Shown here: positions 11,383-24,881 of the stretch, piece after piece
How positions within the stretch are numbered: position 1 is the stretch's first letter
Layout of the letters: each line of letters opens with the position of its first letter
Origin: Eledone cirrhosa
Taxonomy: Eukaryota
DNA: 64,000 nt
Direction: 5' to 3'
Assembly (NCBI GenBank): GCA_964016885.1
Contig: OZ024742.1
Span: 284,270,001-284,334,000 of the forward strand
Translations under genes and position numbers: made by a program
The notes under the pieces: model-generated
What the model was told of the DNA's origin: nothing
The model's database searches: none
What the model saw: the letters and a program-made list of their open reading frames with translations, nothing else

Positions 11383-12387
11383 ATCATCATCATCATCATC
11401 ATCAACGTTTAACGTCCGTGTTCCACGCTTGCATGGGTTTGGACGGGGGTAGTCCCACTTGAGGCAAGAGTGATTGTCTTGCTCGCATAGGACTGTCTGG
11501 CAGGTTTTCTACAGTTGGATGCCCTTCCTAACACCAACCACATTTACAGTGTGGGTCTGGGAGGTTTTTACCGTGTTGCCTACACGGCCACATTACAGCG
11601 TGGACTGTGTGTTTTTTTGTCGTGACACCTACACGATCTCATTTGTTTCGGCCTCGATGGCGCGGCACCAACATAACTTTACATAGAACGGGGTGGTGTG
11701 GATGGGGTGGGGGTGGTGGCGGGACGGGGTGTATTTTGTTAGAGATGCCTACTGGCAAGGCGGGTCTTCTCTGTTACTGAGTACCGCCAAAGGTCTCGGT
11801 CCAGTGACATTGTCTTGGAGAGGTGTAAGTGTGTGAGGTCGGAGTTTATCAGCTCATCCCATGTTTTTCTAGGTCTGCCTATTCCGTGGCTACCGTCTAT
11901 CTTTATTGCCCTGCACTTTGTTATACAGCTATCGACTTTCATGCGCATCACGTGACCATACCAACGCAGCCTTCTCTCGAGTAAACAACATCTGATCCCT
12001 CTTATCTCTAATTTTTTCCTTAGTTCGTTTATGCTTTGCCGTTCACGTATATTACTGTTACACATCCAGCGGAGCATGCAAGCTTCGTTCCTCTCTAGTC
12101 TGCGTATATCCTCTGCACACAATGCCCAGGTCTCACTACCATGCAACATTGCTGTTCGTATGCAGGCATCGATCGTACAACCTGCCTTTCATTTTTAGGG
12201 AGAACCCTTTAGCGGTAATAGTGGTATAAGCTCTCTGAACTTTTTCCATCCAGTTCTGACTCTAGCTACTGTACTTTCAGAGCACCCTCCCCCACTGCTG
12301 ATTTTATCGCCCAGGTAACGGAAGCTGTCCACTATTTCTATAGAACCCTCTGCGCAATTGAAAGAGCTAGTATTTTGTGGGCACTTG
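11383..12387 (-). mobile_element. 5'-truncated RTE-clade LINE, same family as 61499-62764
   Basis: ORFs 12195..12440 and 11739..12149 nearly identical to the 61881..62444 peptide, split by a frameshift; same 3' UTR and (CAT)n tail. Confidence 0.92.
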
Positions 12388-12651
12388 AAAAAAATACGCA
12401 TGATAAATAATATAAATGATGATGACACACACACACACACAGCATATGTGCATCATCATCCGTTTTTCCATGTTCGCATAGGTTAAACAGGTTGTCCACG
12501 TCGGGAGGCAAGTCTGACCAGAGTTGGCCACCCCGTACCCCGCTCCGACAAAGACTGTAAATTTGACTGGATACCCTTCCTAACACCAACCACATTTACA
12601 GTGTATATATATATCATCATCACTGTTCAATGTCCATTTTTTTATGCTGGC

Positions 12652-12710
<59 letters not shown>

Positions 12711-12884
12711 CATACATGTATATGAAGTGGTGAATGCTTATTTCTGGATTTGAAACTTGATGATGTTAAGTGATGGTAACAAATGGTCAGGTGGTGAGCT
12801 GAATCAGATATGTCCAACCCATGCTAGCATTATAAAACAAATTTAAAAACCATGATGATGATAATGGATGATATATCTACTGAC

Positions 12885-13010
12885 CTGAAGAGAAAATGCC
12901 CTTAATGCCGGTATAGGGATAATAGCAGCAGCGAGGAAACCCATGATATTGGTGACAGAAGTGAGCAAAACACTAACACCAGTCCTTTTCAAACATTCTC
13001 CAGTTCGCTC
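12885..13010 (-). CDS. ptc: Patched exon, 126 nt: [42 protein letters not shown] (TM5)
   Basis: TTTCAG|GAG...CAG|GTCAGT. Confidence 0.97.
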
Positions 13011-14690
13011 CTGAAATATGAAACAAAGCAAGAATGTTATGAACTGTGTGCATATGTTTGACAAATGCTTTGATAAAAGAAAGACAGGTATTCTATTTAT
13101 GTTGATGATGATGAATGGTTGTTTAACCCTTAAATTGCCATATTTCTAATGAAAAACACTGCTTATAATTTTGAAATAATGATGATAATTAAAAAATTTT
13201 TTTATTAAAATAACTGACTTTCTTGTTATTAAGCTCATGCTTGAAACATAATTTAATAAATATTTTTACATAAAACTATGATGCAATTGGCAAAAAAATA
13301 TAGCTTGAAGTTATGTCAAGGGTAAGAGGGAGGGTGAATGGAAGATAGTGGACAACTTTAAATAACATTGTATGTGTGTTGGTGAGGGATAATTGATACA
13401 TTGTGATATTTAGTTTAAGTTATATCCCTTTACACCAACATGAACTTGGTCCAATTTTTTAAAAAGAAGTAGCAGTAAAAGAATAAACTAAAAATGGTGA
13501 CAACATGAAATACTTTAGTGCAACAATTGAAAAACAAGTAGCATGCAGTGTATGAAGAGTATTTGGGCAGAGAGAGTGAAGAAATAATATAATATAATAT
13601 AATATATGATAATAATAATACTTACATATGCTTCTTGAAGCAGGAATAGATATAGAAATAATATTTAACACACAGAGAAGAAACTGCTTATTTATTTGTG
13701 TGTGTGTTTTATTTTTATTTTTAATAAACTACAGTGTGGAGTGGTTGGTGTTAAGAGACATTCAGCCCTAGAGACTATGCTAAAAGTCAAATGTATTAAC
13801 GAGACAATACATTCCACCCAAGTCCCCAGCCCACACTATAATGTTGTTGCATGAGGTGCCATGACAAAAAGCACTCAGCACACACTGTAAAGTGGTCGTG
13901 TAGGTCACAATAAAAAGCACTCAGCCCACACTATAAATGCAGTTGGTATTAGGAAGGGCATCCAGCCATGGAAATGAAACCAAAATCAGTTCTATATAAG
14001 CAAGATATGGTCATCCGACCCGGCCTGTCTCACAACGGGACAACTCATCTAATCCATGCTAGCGTGGAATGATGACATAAACCACTGACCTATCTATGGG
14101 AGCAAAAACTTTGAATAAGAACTGAATAACACTGTAATAAACCACCCAACCTATGTCAGTATAAAAAGCAGGAGTAACAATAATGATCAAACCCTATCAT
14201 TTCTTCCATATTTACATACATGGGCAAAATGACTTATTTGTTATAGCAATTCTTCTTGTTTAGCTGTTATCAAGCAGACCGGTGATTAAAAAGCGTTCCA
14301 ACCATGACCATAGTGTCTTTTTTTTTTTTTGTAAACACACTATCCAATGAATTGGTAAGTTGTGATCTGAAGGAGATCTGGCTGCCACATCTATGTGGGA
14401 ATGCCAAAAATTACCCTCGAACCAGCAACAGATTCAACTCTACTAAAGCATGCAAGGAACCATGTGACAGAATTAAACAGGATGACAAATTAAGTCTACC
14501 ACCCAAAGACAGGCTTCTAAACAGTGTCTGTTTATAAAATTCTGCTCAAAAGGCCTTTGCTCAGCCCAAGGATAAGGTAGAAGGCATTTATTCAAGGTGC
14601 CATACATAGTTGTGAAACAAATTCTTAATCACGGTCAAGTTTGTATTTGTGTAGCACCAAATATATATACATATATATAAATATACATAC

Positions 14691-14783
14691 CATAAAAGGA
14701 ATGTTATTGCTGTTCTCAGCATAAGTGTGAGCTATGAGGAACATATCATCAACTCCAAGACCTAATGCTAGAAATGGAACAAT
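14691..14783 (-). CDS. ptc: Patched exon, 93 nt: [31 protein letters not shown] (TM4 with RND GxxxDD motif)
   Basis: GTTTCAG|ATT...ATG|GTATGT; GLGVDD intact; absent from ORF track. Confidence 0.97.
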
Positions 14784-15777
14784 CTGAAACAAAAAAAAAA
14801 TATATATAACATATTTTTTATTAATGGTGTCACCTATGTTATTGGTTTATCAAACCAGCAAATATGAAAATGAGATAAATCGTTATATATAGCAGGGAAG
14901 AGGGGAAGAAAGAAAGAAAAGAAAAAAATGGTGTTTGGTTGAGTGACAAATATATTGATGTCGTAACATTGGCACATAGTTATAATTTAGTGGGAGTGAT
15001 TGACAGTATATAATTGTTTACCTTCCGACAAAAGACTGTCTTTGAAAAGTCTATGTCCTCTCAGTATATGGATTTATGCAAGAAGGGAAGAGCAGTACTC
15101 ATGACCCTATGATTTTAGTGAACTGGGAGAGGGGGCTTCTGAGACTGGAGGAAGGAAGAGAGGGAAATTGCCCTTAAACTAAATACCTAGTCCGAATGCT
15201 TGCAATAAAGACACCCAAGGTGAATGTAGTGGTGTTAAACTGAGTGATGGATTAAGTCTACCATCCAAGAACTCTGCAAAAAGCTAGAAGAAATACTACA
15301 AGGCACTCTTAACAATTCCACCAATCCTCCTCTCTGGGATGCTGCTGTATCAACTGCAAATGTATGAACTCAGATCACAGAGAGCAAGAACAAATACAGC
15401 AAGGCAGTTTTTCCTATGGTCTAATAGAGATTTCTACTTTAGGCACAAAATCAGCAATTTGTGGAGATGTGAAAGTTGATATCAACTCCCGTATTTTACT
15501 GGTACATTATTTTATTGACCTCGAAGGGATGAAAGGCAAAGTTGGCTTTGACAGGATCTCGACTAAGTGTGCACCAAACCAGAACAAATACCACAAGGCT
15601 CTTTGTCCTAACAGTCCAATGCTTCTACCAATTTGCTGCCTTATGCCCTGCATATTCACCAACTATGAATGAAAAGCAAAGTTGACCCCAGAATGCAGAG
15701 AGCTAAAACTATCTAAATATTTATTTTACCTATAAAAAAAATGTGAAGAAATGAAAAGAAAAACAATGGTACTTTAC

Positions 15778-15936
15778 TTGTGTTGTGGAAGCATTAAACT
15801 TGATTCCCAGGACAGAACATAATCCAAGACCAGCTGCTACCGAGAGACCAACAAGTAATACACCAGCAATGCCAATAACACACTGGGAGTTAACAGCATC
15901 GTTGCACTTCAACAGAGATATGCAGGCATACAGCAA
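15778..15936 (-). CDS. ptc: Patched exon, 159 nt: [53 protein letters not shown] (SSD, TM3)
   Basis: ATCACAG|TTG...CAA|GTAAAG; [18 protein letters not shown] motif. Confidence 0.96.
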
Positions 15937-16110
15937 CTGTGATGGAAACAAACAATTACAATGATAATGAATTCTCTCCCTTTGGGAGTAAAAGGTTTAT
16001 TATTACGATTACATAACTCAGAGACTAATAAACAAAAGATCTCTATGAGGAAAGTAAGGAAAAACGTGTATATGAGAGAGAGAAAAAGCAGAATCAAGAG
16101 GCATACTGAC

Positions 16111-16245
16111 CATTACAATGTAGCCCAAAGCAATGCGTACAACACTGACACTAGAGAACTTCTTCATGATATCAGCCAGAGATGTTGATGAAAACACATG
16201 GATGTGTTGCTGATGTTTACCATTGCTGTAAAAATTGCTCATCTC
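16111..16245 (-). CDS. ptc: Patched exon, 135 nt: EMSNFYSNGKHQQHIHVFSSTSLADIMKKFSSVSVVRIALGYIVM (entry to sterol-sensing domain, TM2)
   Basis: TTAACAG|GAG...ATG|GTCAGT. Confidence 0.94.
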
Positions 16246-17053
16246 CTGTTAAACACAACATCATGACATACTGTTACATTGGTATTTAATTGTTGACAAC
16301 ACATCACACATAGTTACATTGCTATCTAATTGTTGACAACACAACACCAAAACCAAGCTGGGATATTTTTGTGAATGGAATTGTTAAATCGTCTCCCAAG
16401 ATTTATATTGTGAGCCTTTGCAATACTGCTTGCATTAAAGCAACAGCTAGTGTTTTAATGCCATTTTCCCTGCTAAAGCAGGAGTTAGCCTTGCAGGCCC
16501 ATGAAAGGCTTCATGCTCATCATGAACTCTTTTTTAAAGCATTGTTTTACAATTTACAACTGAATGCTCTTCCCTGCACCAATCCTTTTAGTCACCTCAT
16601 ATGACACTCAGGTTTATGGCATACCTAATCTAAACTGGATGCATACAGTAAGTGCTAGTATTAAAATTTTCATATGAATATTTCAATTTCAGTACATAAA
16701 TATCAACTTGATATACCAGTTAAGAAACAGTTTTTTTTTGTGATCTTATTAAACTCTTACAAATTCTTAATTATTCTGAAAATTAGGTTACAGGAATACA
16801 ACCAAGTATTTGACTTAAACATAAGTCAATGCGGTAACTTTATTTCATTATTAGCTGATGTTTGGAACATAAGTTATTAATGAAAACAAATCATAGAATC
16901 CGAGACAGTTTTAGTTGAGTTGTTAAAAATATAAAACTGTAAGAGAGCTAAACAGGTTACATTTATACAAATGCAGAAACATGCATTATTCAGTGCAAAG
17001 GATAAATTTTTGATAAAATCATTTTCCTGGGATATAATAAGTAAAATACTTAC

Positions 17054-17201
17054 AGCAGTGAATTTGCGATGCCAAGTCTCCAAGATCATTCTGGCCTTGT
17101 GAATGGTCCAATCAATGCTGCGTACTTTCCTCACATTTAGATAATATTCATACATGTCTTTCTCCCCCATTAGTTGGATTATGGACTGCAGAGCTTCAGC
17201 A
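17054..17201 (-). CDS. ptc: Patched exon, 148 nt: AEALQSIIQLMGEKDMYEYY...ILETWHRKFTA
   Basis: TTAACAG|T...GCT|GTAAGT; ALQxxxQLM motif. Confidence 0.95.
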
Positions 17202-17473
17202 CTGTTAAAGATAAAGGTGAAATATTGAGAGAGAGTCGGTTACTTGTGAGACATATCTGTAATATGAGTGTCGATATATGTGTGTATGAATATGTTGGAT
17301 CCCATTACATGACATCTTCGAGCGAGTGTTTTTTAACATGGACTGGAGTAAACTCTTGCCTTGTAAGTGAAATTGTTAGATGGTAACTGTTTAAAAGCCT
17401 GTTGGATGGCTTGAACCTGTAATTCAAAGGACAACTCTTGTCACACACTGTATCTCTCTGAGAATTACATTAA

Positions 17474-17658
17474 TCCTTAGCATTTAAACCGGCCATATCC
17501 AGCCACTTATAATGATGTTATGGTATTGTTCTCATTGTTCTCAAAATAAATAATATCACAATCTCATAGATTCGATATCATGTGAGATAATTATGTGAGG
17601 TAAAGCCTTTACTGTGAAAATACAATAGTATATATAGAGTAATGTAAATGTTAAAGAG
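17474..17658. mobile_element. piggyBac-type MITE family A, nested in an older repeat
   Basis: TTAA flanks at 17470-17473 and 17659-17662; same internal sequence as other copies. Confidence 0.75.
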
Positions 17659-17939
17659 TTAATTAAAAGTATATGTGTCTGTGAAATACTCAGTTATTTG
17701 CACGTTAATTTCATGAACCTTGTCTTCATGCTTAATGAAGTTGATAAACAACAAACTTAATAATAATTGTAGCAAGAATAACCAAAATAGCAGTTTCTTC
17801 CTTTGTTCTGAGCTCTCCTGATAGGGTCATATCTCTTTTACTCTTTTACTTGTTCAAGCAACTTATTGGCTGAGGTCATGTTTGGAGGTGCTCTCATGAC
17901 ATACCTTGGGCATTTTAAACTTTGCACCATCAGGTACAA

Positions 17940-18230
17940 GGAATTGCAGATGAGATAGGAATGGAGCCAGTGATGAATATTGTGAAGAGAAATTGAAAGA
18001 GATGGTTGAGGTTCATGTTATGACTGGGTGAAAAGGGTGATGTAAATTAATGTGGAAGGGGGTAGAAAAAGAAAAGAAAAAAGCAAGAACGACGTGACTA
18101 GGGATGATGGAGGAGGAAATAAAAGCCAGCGTGTTAGGGAAGGAAGATGCAGCTGATAAGGTAATGTGGAAAAGTTTGTTATGGGGACTCTGTTTTAGTA
18201 AGGAAAATGGCCTTAAAACACCTGTTGTTT
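17940..18230 (+). mobile_element. Degenerate RTE-like LINE 3' end with 14-bp TSD
   Basis: ACCATCAGGTACAA at 17926-17939 and 18231-18244; relic peptide INVEGGRKR...EDAADKVMWKSL. Confidence 0.65.
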
Positions 18231-18311
18231 ACCATCAGGTACAAACCAAGAAGCATCTGTGTGGTTGTTTTATCAACTGGTAATAGAAGCCAAAAGGATT
18301 GTCAGACTTAC

Positions 18312-18433
18312 CGAACTATGTGATTTGTTTTGTTTCTTCTGATGCCACCAATAATCAAGTCTTCCTGCCAATGCATATATTTGGTAGCAAAGCCAGTGCA
18401 TCCATTTGTAAGTTCAGCTCCGATGTCTGGAGG
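18312..18433 (-). CDS. ptc: Patched exon, 122 nt: PPDIGAELTNGCTGFATKYMHWQEDLIIGGIRRNKTNHIV(R)
   Basis: TTTGTAG|CCT...CG|GTAAGT; KYMHWQE motif. Confidence 0.96.
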
Positions 18434-18524
18434 CTACAAATACAAAACACAAGATCTTAATAAATCTTGGATAAATATTTCTAGTTAGCTTTTTAACGTT
18501 CTAATGCTTTAAATATATACACAT

Positions 18525-18710
18525 ATAATAATTGTTTCTACATTTGGCACAAGGGCAGAAATTATCTCAGCGTATTACTGGTACTTTATTTTATCAACCC
18601 CGAAAGGATGAAAGGCAAAGTTAACTTCGGCGGGATTTGAACTTATACCATAAAGGGTCGTAACTAGGCTGAAAAGCATGGTGTCCGATCCTCTACCGAT
18701 ACTAATCGAA
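18525..18710 (-). mobile_element. SINE family 1
   Basis: CTGGTACTTTATTTTATCAACCCCGAAAGGATGAAAGGCAAAG core. Confidence 0.8.
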
Positions 18711-19336
18711 TTGTTTGAGGCAGTCACGAAAGCACTCAATGGTGTGAGAAGTTAATACATTTTCATCCAGAGTAAACACAAAAAGTTAATAAAGTGTGAC
18801 ACCAAGAATAAAGCGACCAAAAGTATGTTGCTATAATACAACAGCATCGATATATACAAACAGGTCAATCATGTGTATCTGGTTTAGAATAGGCAAACTA
18901 TATCTCTGTATGTTGTAAGAAGCAACTAAAAGGGTTAATGACAAGAAGGGCATCCGACTTTAAAGTATTTCCTGAAAAGTTCTGCCCAAACCATACCGGC
19001 ATGGAAGAGTTGACATAAAAACAATGATGACAATATCATATACACTTGTGTATGAGTTGTACTGGTAGATAAGTTATGCCTCTATTTTATAAGCAACAAT
19101 TACAATCGTCATTTTACATCCACCTTCCACACTGGCATGGTTGGATGGGCTTGAAACCACATCTTGTTCATGTATTCCATAGTTAGTATTCATTCTATGG
19201 CTAGTTGCTACAATAGGATCAAGGATAGATAGGGTGTTTAAACATTAATGATGGAAAGAAACGTAAAGGAAAAACTTGAGGGGGTGGGAGGGGGGGGGGG
19301 GGGGGAGAAAAAAGAAAAAGAACAACAACAACTTAC

Positions 19337-19429
19337 CAGTCCTGATTGTTTGTTAGGTGCCAATTTGGGACATTTTGGATCCTTTGGATTCAAGCATGGC
19401 TTCTCTAGGTAACCACTTTTGATACCAGC
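19337..19429 (-). CDS. ptc: Patched exon, 93 nt: AGIKSGYLEKPCLNPKDPKCPKLAPNKQSGL
   Basis: CCACCCAG|GCT...CTG|GTAAGT; conserved GYxxKPCLNPxDPxCP. Confidence 0.95.
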
Positions 19430-19684
19430 CTGGGTGGAAAGACAGAGAGAGAATATGTGAATGTGAGACAGTTTGTGAGTTAAATAAAGCGAGTGAAAGA
19501 GAAAGAGGGTAGGTCACAAAAAGCAATGTGAAATGAAGCATCTTGCTCAAGAACACAACATGCCGTATGGCCTAGGTATCAAACCTTATGATCATTGAAA
19601 TGAAGTGTCTTGCTCAAGAACATAACATGCTGCCCAGACCAAGAATCAATCCCATGACCCTATGATCATGAGTCCAACATGTAG

Positions 19685-19883
19685 CCTTTTAGCATTTACA
19701 TTACTCTATATTTACTATTGTATTTTCATGGGAAACATTTTATCCCATATAATTATATCACATAATATTGAATCAATGAGATTAAGATATTTACTTTGAG
19801 AACAATACTTTAAAATAAGTATCAGCAGCCAGTGAGAGGTGAGAGAATTCTGGCCAGACACAGCTGGTTTGAATGCTAAAGGG
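19685..19883. mobile_element. piggyBac-type MITE family A
   Basis: CCTTTTAGCATTTACA...AATGCTAAAGGG|TTAA. Confidence 0.78.
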
Positions 19884-20359
19884 TTAAAGTATATGGACAA
19901 CTATGTCAACTTTGCTTTTCATCTTTTCAGAGTTGATAAATAAAATACCTTTCATAGGACTGCATCATCAGAACTGACCTAGGGTTAAACACCAACAACA
20001 CCATCCTACCACCACCACCACCACCATCATGTAATTTTCTCTAATTGTCTGTTTTTATTTTCTTCAGTGTTGACACTGATGTGTTATTATTGTATATGTT
20101 TGTGTATGTGGGTGTATATGTTTATGTATGTGGGTGTATATGTTTATCTATGCCAAGATTCTGACTACATTTAGTGTGGAATGAGGGGTGTATAATAGTT
20201 AGAGAATAAAGGTCAATATAGCATGTATATATATATATATATATCACGCATACACGTGTGTGTGTGTGTGTGCGTGCACGCGCACCATGTGTGTTTGTAT
20301 ACATACTATATGTTTGCAGGGCATCCGCTCAGAAAAGTGAGGCCAAGAGGTAGCTTTGA

Positions 20360-20414
<55 letters not shown>

Positions 20415-22521
20415 GCAGCTACTTTTTAAATTCAGGTTGGCTCTGATCTAGTAGACCAACATAGAAAGGCATTCAAGCCATGACCATCCAGTCTTTCCAT
20501 CTAATGTGTCCATGCATCCTGTTTATAGGTAGGGTGTGATTTGAGTGAGATTCAGCTTCTATTTCTCACAGGTCAATTGACCAAGTAGAGTTTACCTTCA
20601 TTGGCTCAATGTATATATACAACAGAGTATAAATGTGTGGTGACCAATGTGTGTATGTATGTGTTCAATGCATCTGTGCACATGACCAATGTGAATGTGT
20701 GAGAGTGTGAATGAATGTTTTTTTGAAATTTTTCTAGACCCTTTTCACTGCTATATATAGGCTGTGGTTGAGGTGGGGAGGAGACCTCTCATTTAAAATT
20801 ACAACAGGAAATAAGGGACATTGTTGCATAAACAAAAGACTGGGCACAGGGATGTAAAATTGATGGTGGCGATATATTGCTGCAGTATGGCAGTGGTGGT
20901 AGTAAGGGTTGGTGTAGCATAGTTATAATAGTGGTAGTAGTGGCTATAGTAGAAGTACAGTGGTGGAAGTGGTTATAGTAACAATATTGGCTGTAGTGGT
21001 GGTTATAGTAATAATAATGGTTGTTGTGGTGTTGCTAGTAGTAATTGTGGTACTCTAATGGTGATTCCACAATTGCGGTGAAAGTGATAGTTATGGTGAT
21101 TATAGTAATTGTACTAATGGATGAAGTGGTTGTAGTTATGTTGTTAACTAGGTGGTAGCTATAGTAGGTGGTTGAAAGTATAAGGGATTAATAGAAAGAG
21201 GTAGTTGTAGGAAGAGTAGGGGGAGGGTTGTTGTGGCAGTGTGGATGGTTGGTTACTGGTGTAGTGTAGTGGTATGGAAGTCAAGTGGTGGTGGTGATAG
21301 TATGGAGATGTAGGAACTGGTGAGTGCCAGGTGGTGTGTACAGTACAAAGGAAATGGGTGGGTGTGAGAGATTTGTGACCCCTTAAGATGTAAACATCCT
21401 TGTCAAGATCTTTCAAAACTACATCCCCAGGGAGAAAAGGAATAAACAAATAAATATCCCCCTCCCTGTCAGATGTTAGAAGTAGGTTTTGGTGACCACC
21501 CCCATACAGTCATCCTTTCATTATTTTCTAGTTGTTAATCCTTTCCTAAGGTTTACATGGGTGGGGGCGGGTAACATAGTAGACAGAAACAAATGGAGCA
21601 GAAGGGTCCATCTTCACAGAACAAAAAATAGTGACTTTTGGTCAGGAGTTAGTTGTAAAGGCCCTTAATTTTAAATGTAAGACAACATACATAGGATTTG
21701 GTGAGTGGGTGAAAGTGTTTAGATGGATGGAACATCTGGGGGCTGAAAGAGAGAGGGAATAGTAGAGGAAAGGCTTAGTAAGACTGACAGTAACAAGGGG
21801 AAAATTGGGAGAGAAAGAGAGATGAACATACCGACAAAGAAGGAAAAAGAGTAGAAAGATTTGGAGAGAGAGAGAAGACAAGAGATTAAATGTGAGTTCA
21901 AAACCAAATGGGTCCCTTGAAAACTAGGTTTTTTTTCTGCACAGCATTAACAGATTGCACCCTGGTAAAACAAAAGACGCACACAACCCCAGATCAAATC
22001 TGTTCCAGCCATGACTGTCCCAACTTATTTTCAGACAAAGGACTATGTTATCCAATGTGCCCTTCTTTTTCTTTAAAAATAAGGAAGGTGTTGTTTAAGA
22101 GGAATGTGGTTACTATTTCTTGCTAGCCAAATAACCACATAGCTTGTAAGTTAACATTTTTTCCAAGCTAAGGACAGAGAGGGGGGGGGGGGGGGGGGGG
22201 CAGAAAAGAGCCAATCCTCAGATAAGACCAAGGAAACGAGGTTTCCATTGCCGATGCTATCTGCCAGTTATAACTCCTGGGAGGAAGCAGGATTTGAACT
22301 CAGAACACACAAAGCTGGATCAAACATCACAAAGTATTCAGTCAATTTACAGCCACTTGACTGGTACTTCATTTGTCAATCCCCAAAGGATGAAAAAGAA
22401 AACTGACCTCAACAGGATTTGAACTTAGAGTGCATTGAGCCAGAGCAAAGCAGTTAATCTGTTGCCCTAACAGCTCTGCCAAATCACTGCTTATATAGAG
22501 AGAAAGAAATAAGATACTTAC

Positions 22522-22624
22522 TCGATCCATTACATCCAATATTGCATCCTTGTTCCTTATGTAGGTCTTTTCGGCCATTTCTCTTGGGTTCAAATTGGTC
22601 CATTTAACATTAGAGGCATAGTCC
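22522..22624 (-). CDS. ptc: Patched exon, 103 nt: (M)DYASNVKWTNLNPREMAEKTYIRNKDAILDVMDR
   Basis: TTCCACAG|G...CGA|GTAAGT; WTNLNP motif; phase 2 to 0. Confidence 0.93.
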
Positions 22625-23973
22625 CTGTGGAAAAAATATAACAAATGAACTGACAATATGGCAAAGTAAAATAAATGGAATACAAGAAGCATCATGTTGT
22701 TATTTTTACACCTGAGTTGAACTTGATGAAGCAGACCTAGATCAAAGGTCTTCCAGATATGACAATCTCTACTTTTTCTTTTCCAAGACTGCATTATGCA
22801 ATCAATGTGTCCTTCTTTAAACCTTTCATTGAAAGAACAAAAATAAAGAAATTTACAGCTCACACCTAGCTGGCCTTTCAGGAGGTTTCTTTGGTGTTTT
22901 AATGATAGAGGCTTTAGTCCTATCATGAAAAGCAATTTGAAATGAAATGTCTTGCTCAAGAACACACTGTGCTGCCCAGTCAAGGAACCCACAACATTAT
23001 GATTGAGTTACTATATTTCTAATGAAAGACAATGCCTAGGATTTTGAAAATAATTAAGAAAAAATTTGGAGGAATTTTAGTAATAAAATTAACTTAATCA
23101 TTATTAAGCTGGTGTTTGGAGCATAGCTTAACAAAGGTTGTTATATAAAATTATGATAGAAGGCTTTTGGATAAATATAAACATTTTAAAACAAACACTC
23201 TTGTATCGATAGAGGCAGTTTGGTATCAGTAGGTTGCGACTAGAGAGAGATTTGACTTATTTGCAGCTGGTCAAATGACCACATAGATAAATAGTTGTTG
23301 ATTGGGCTTTAAATGAGCCCTGATCAAAAAGCATTCCATCCATGACCATCCTGTCTTTTCCCTCCAATCACTGTACACTGGACTATCCTATCCAATCTGT
23401 TTTTCTGACTATCCTATCCAATCTGATTGTAGGGTGTAATTTGAGGGAGGTTTGGCTGCTATTTCTAGGAGGGCAAGAAACTACATTAAGGTTCTTTCAT
23501 GCTTAAACTTTAATTCAAATTATGAACTGTTTACTAGAAGCAATTATATAACATTCAATGGTCATCCACTGAATTGAATGATTACAAGATATACCATATA
23601 TACACCACACATAATACTGTATGTATATTTGTGTATACGGTGACTAGGTGTATATGTTGAACCTCAAAATTTACAGAACCTACTGGTAATTCCCTTGTAT
23701 ATATTTCAAAGAAGCACGAGCCTCTCTGTATGTATAGTGGGAGTGTGTGCATGCATGTGAGCTTGAATATATGTTTGTGTTACCTGTGATCAAATTCTAT
23801 CAATACTTATACATTCTTACTTCTCTTGGAAGAACTGTGTAGTATACAAGTATCTCTCTGTATGGATGGAGAAAGGGAAAGAAGGACCTTATAGTGTGGA
23901 AAGCTTTTTTTTTTTTCTATTTAAGGTAGCCTGACTCTTTGTAGTGCTGGTGCCACAATAAAATCCACCCATT

Positions 23974-24159
23974 ACATTTTATTAAAGTCCGGTGGTTAAA
24001 CAGAGACAACATAGAACAGAAATGTCTCCTTAGTCTTGTCAAGGATGTGATAACCTCTGTAGTGCACATTTTATTAAAGTCCGGTGGTTAAACAGAGACA
24101 ACATAGAACAGAAATGTCTCCTTAGTCTTGTCAAGGATGTGATAACCTCTGTAGTGCAC
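23974..24159. repeat. Perfect 92-bp direct tandem duplication
   Basis: ACATTTTATTAAAGTCCGG...GTAGTGC repeated at 23974 and 24066. Confidence 0.95.
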
Positions 24160-24764
24160 CAGCACATCCTCTTAAGTAATTGGTATCAGGAAGGGCATCC
24201 AGTCATAGCAACCTTATAAGGTCAGGACATGATTCTCCAGCCTGTCTAAAGGGGTAGTAAATTTAAATAAGAACCCCATCCATCCCATGCAAGCAAGGAA
24301 AGTAGATGTAAAATGATGATGATTATATATATCATTATCAACATCATCATTTAATGTCTGTTCTATGTTTGGAAAGTTTTCTACAGCTGGTGTCCTTCTT
24401 AACACCAACCACATTACAGAGTGTAGTGGGTGTAACTTGCTACTCATACTGCTATTAGATTCAAAAAAGTATGTGAGATATTATATGCATAATTATAATA
24501 GTATGTATAGAGTAATGTAAATACTAAAGGGTTAATCAACTAACCCCATGCTTCACAAATCTGTCTTAGAACTTATTTGTAGTATTAATTGAGTTCTCAA
24601 ATCTCACTGTGGTCAACTTTGGCATTCATCCTCTTCTGGGGTGCATAAAATCAAGTACCAGATAAGAACTGGGTTGGAATAATGAACTTTCTTCAATTGC
24701 AAACTGCTGGCCTTGAATCTAAATTAGAAACCCTTATTTGTAACAACAGCAGCAGCTGTAGTGA

Positions 24765-24826
<62 letters not shown>

Positions 24827-24881
24827 TCAGCAGCAGAAGTGGTGGTGATTTTTTTCCTTCTTTTTCCTTTTAATCTGGGTA

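Noticed and set aside
22181-22200. Poly-G runs (also near 19280-19305 and 40241-40254) as functional G-quadruplexes
   Set aside because: Homopolymers in repeat debris; length unreliable and no supporting context.
22369-22992. 207-aa ORF as an independent gene
   Set aside because: Only 22522-22624 is the Ptc exon; the rest is intronic repeat sequence that is open by chance.
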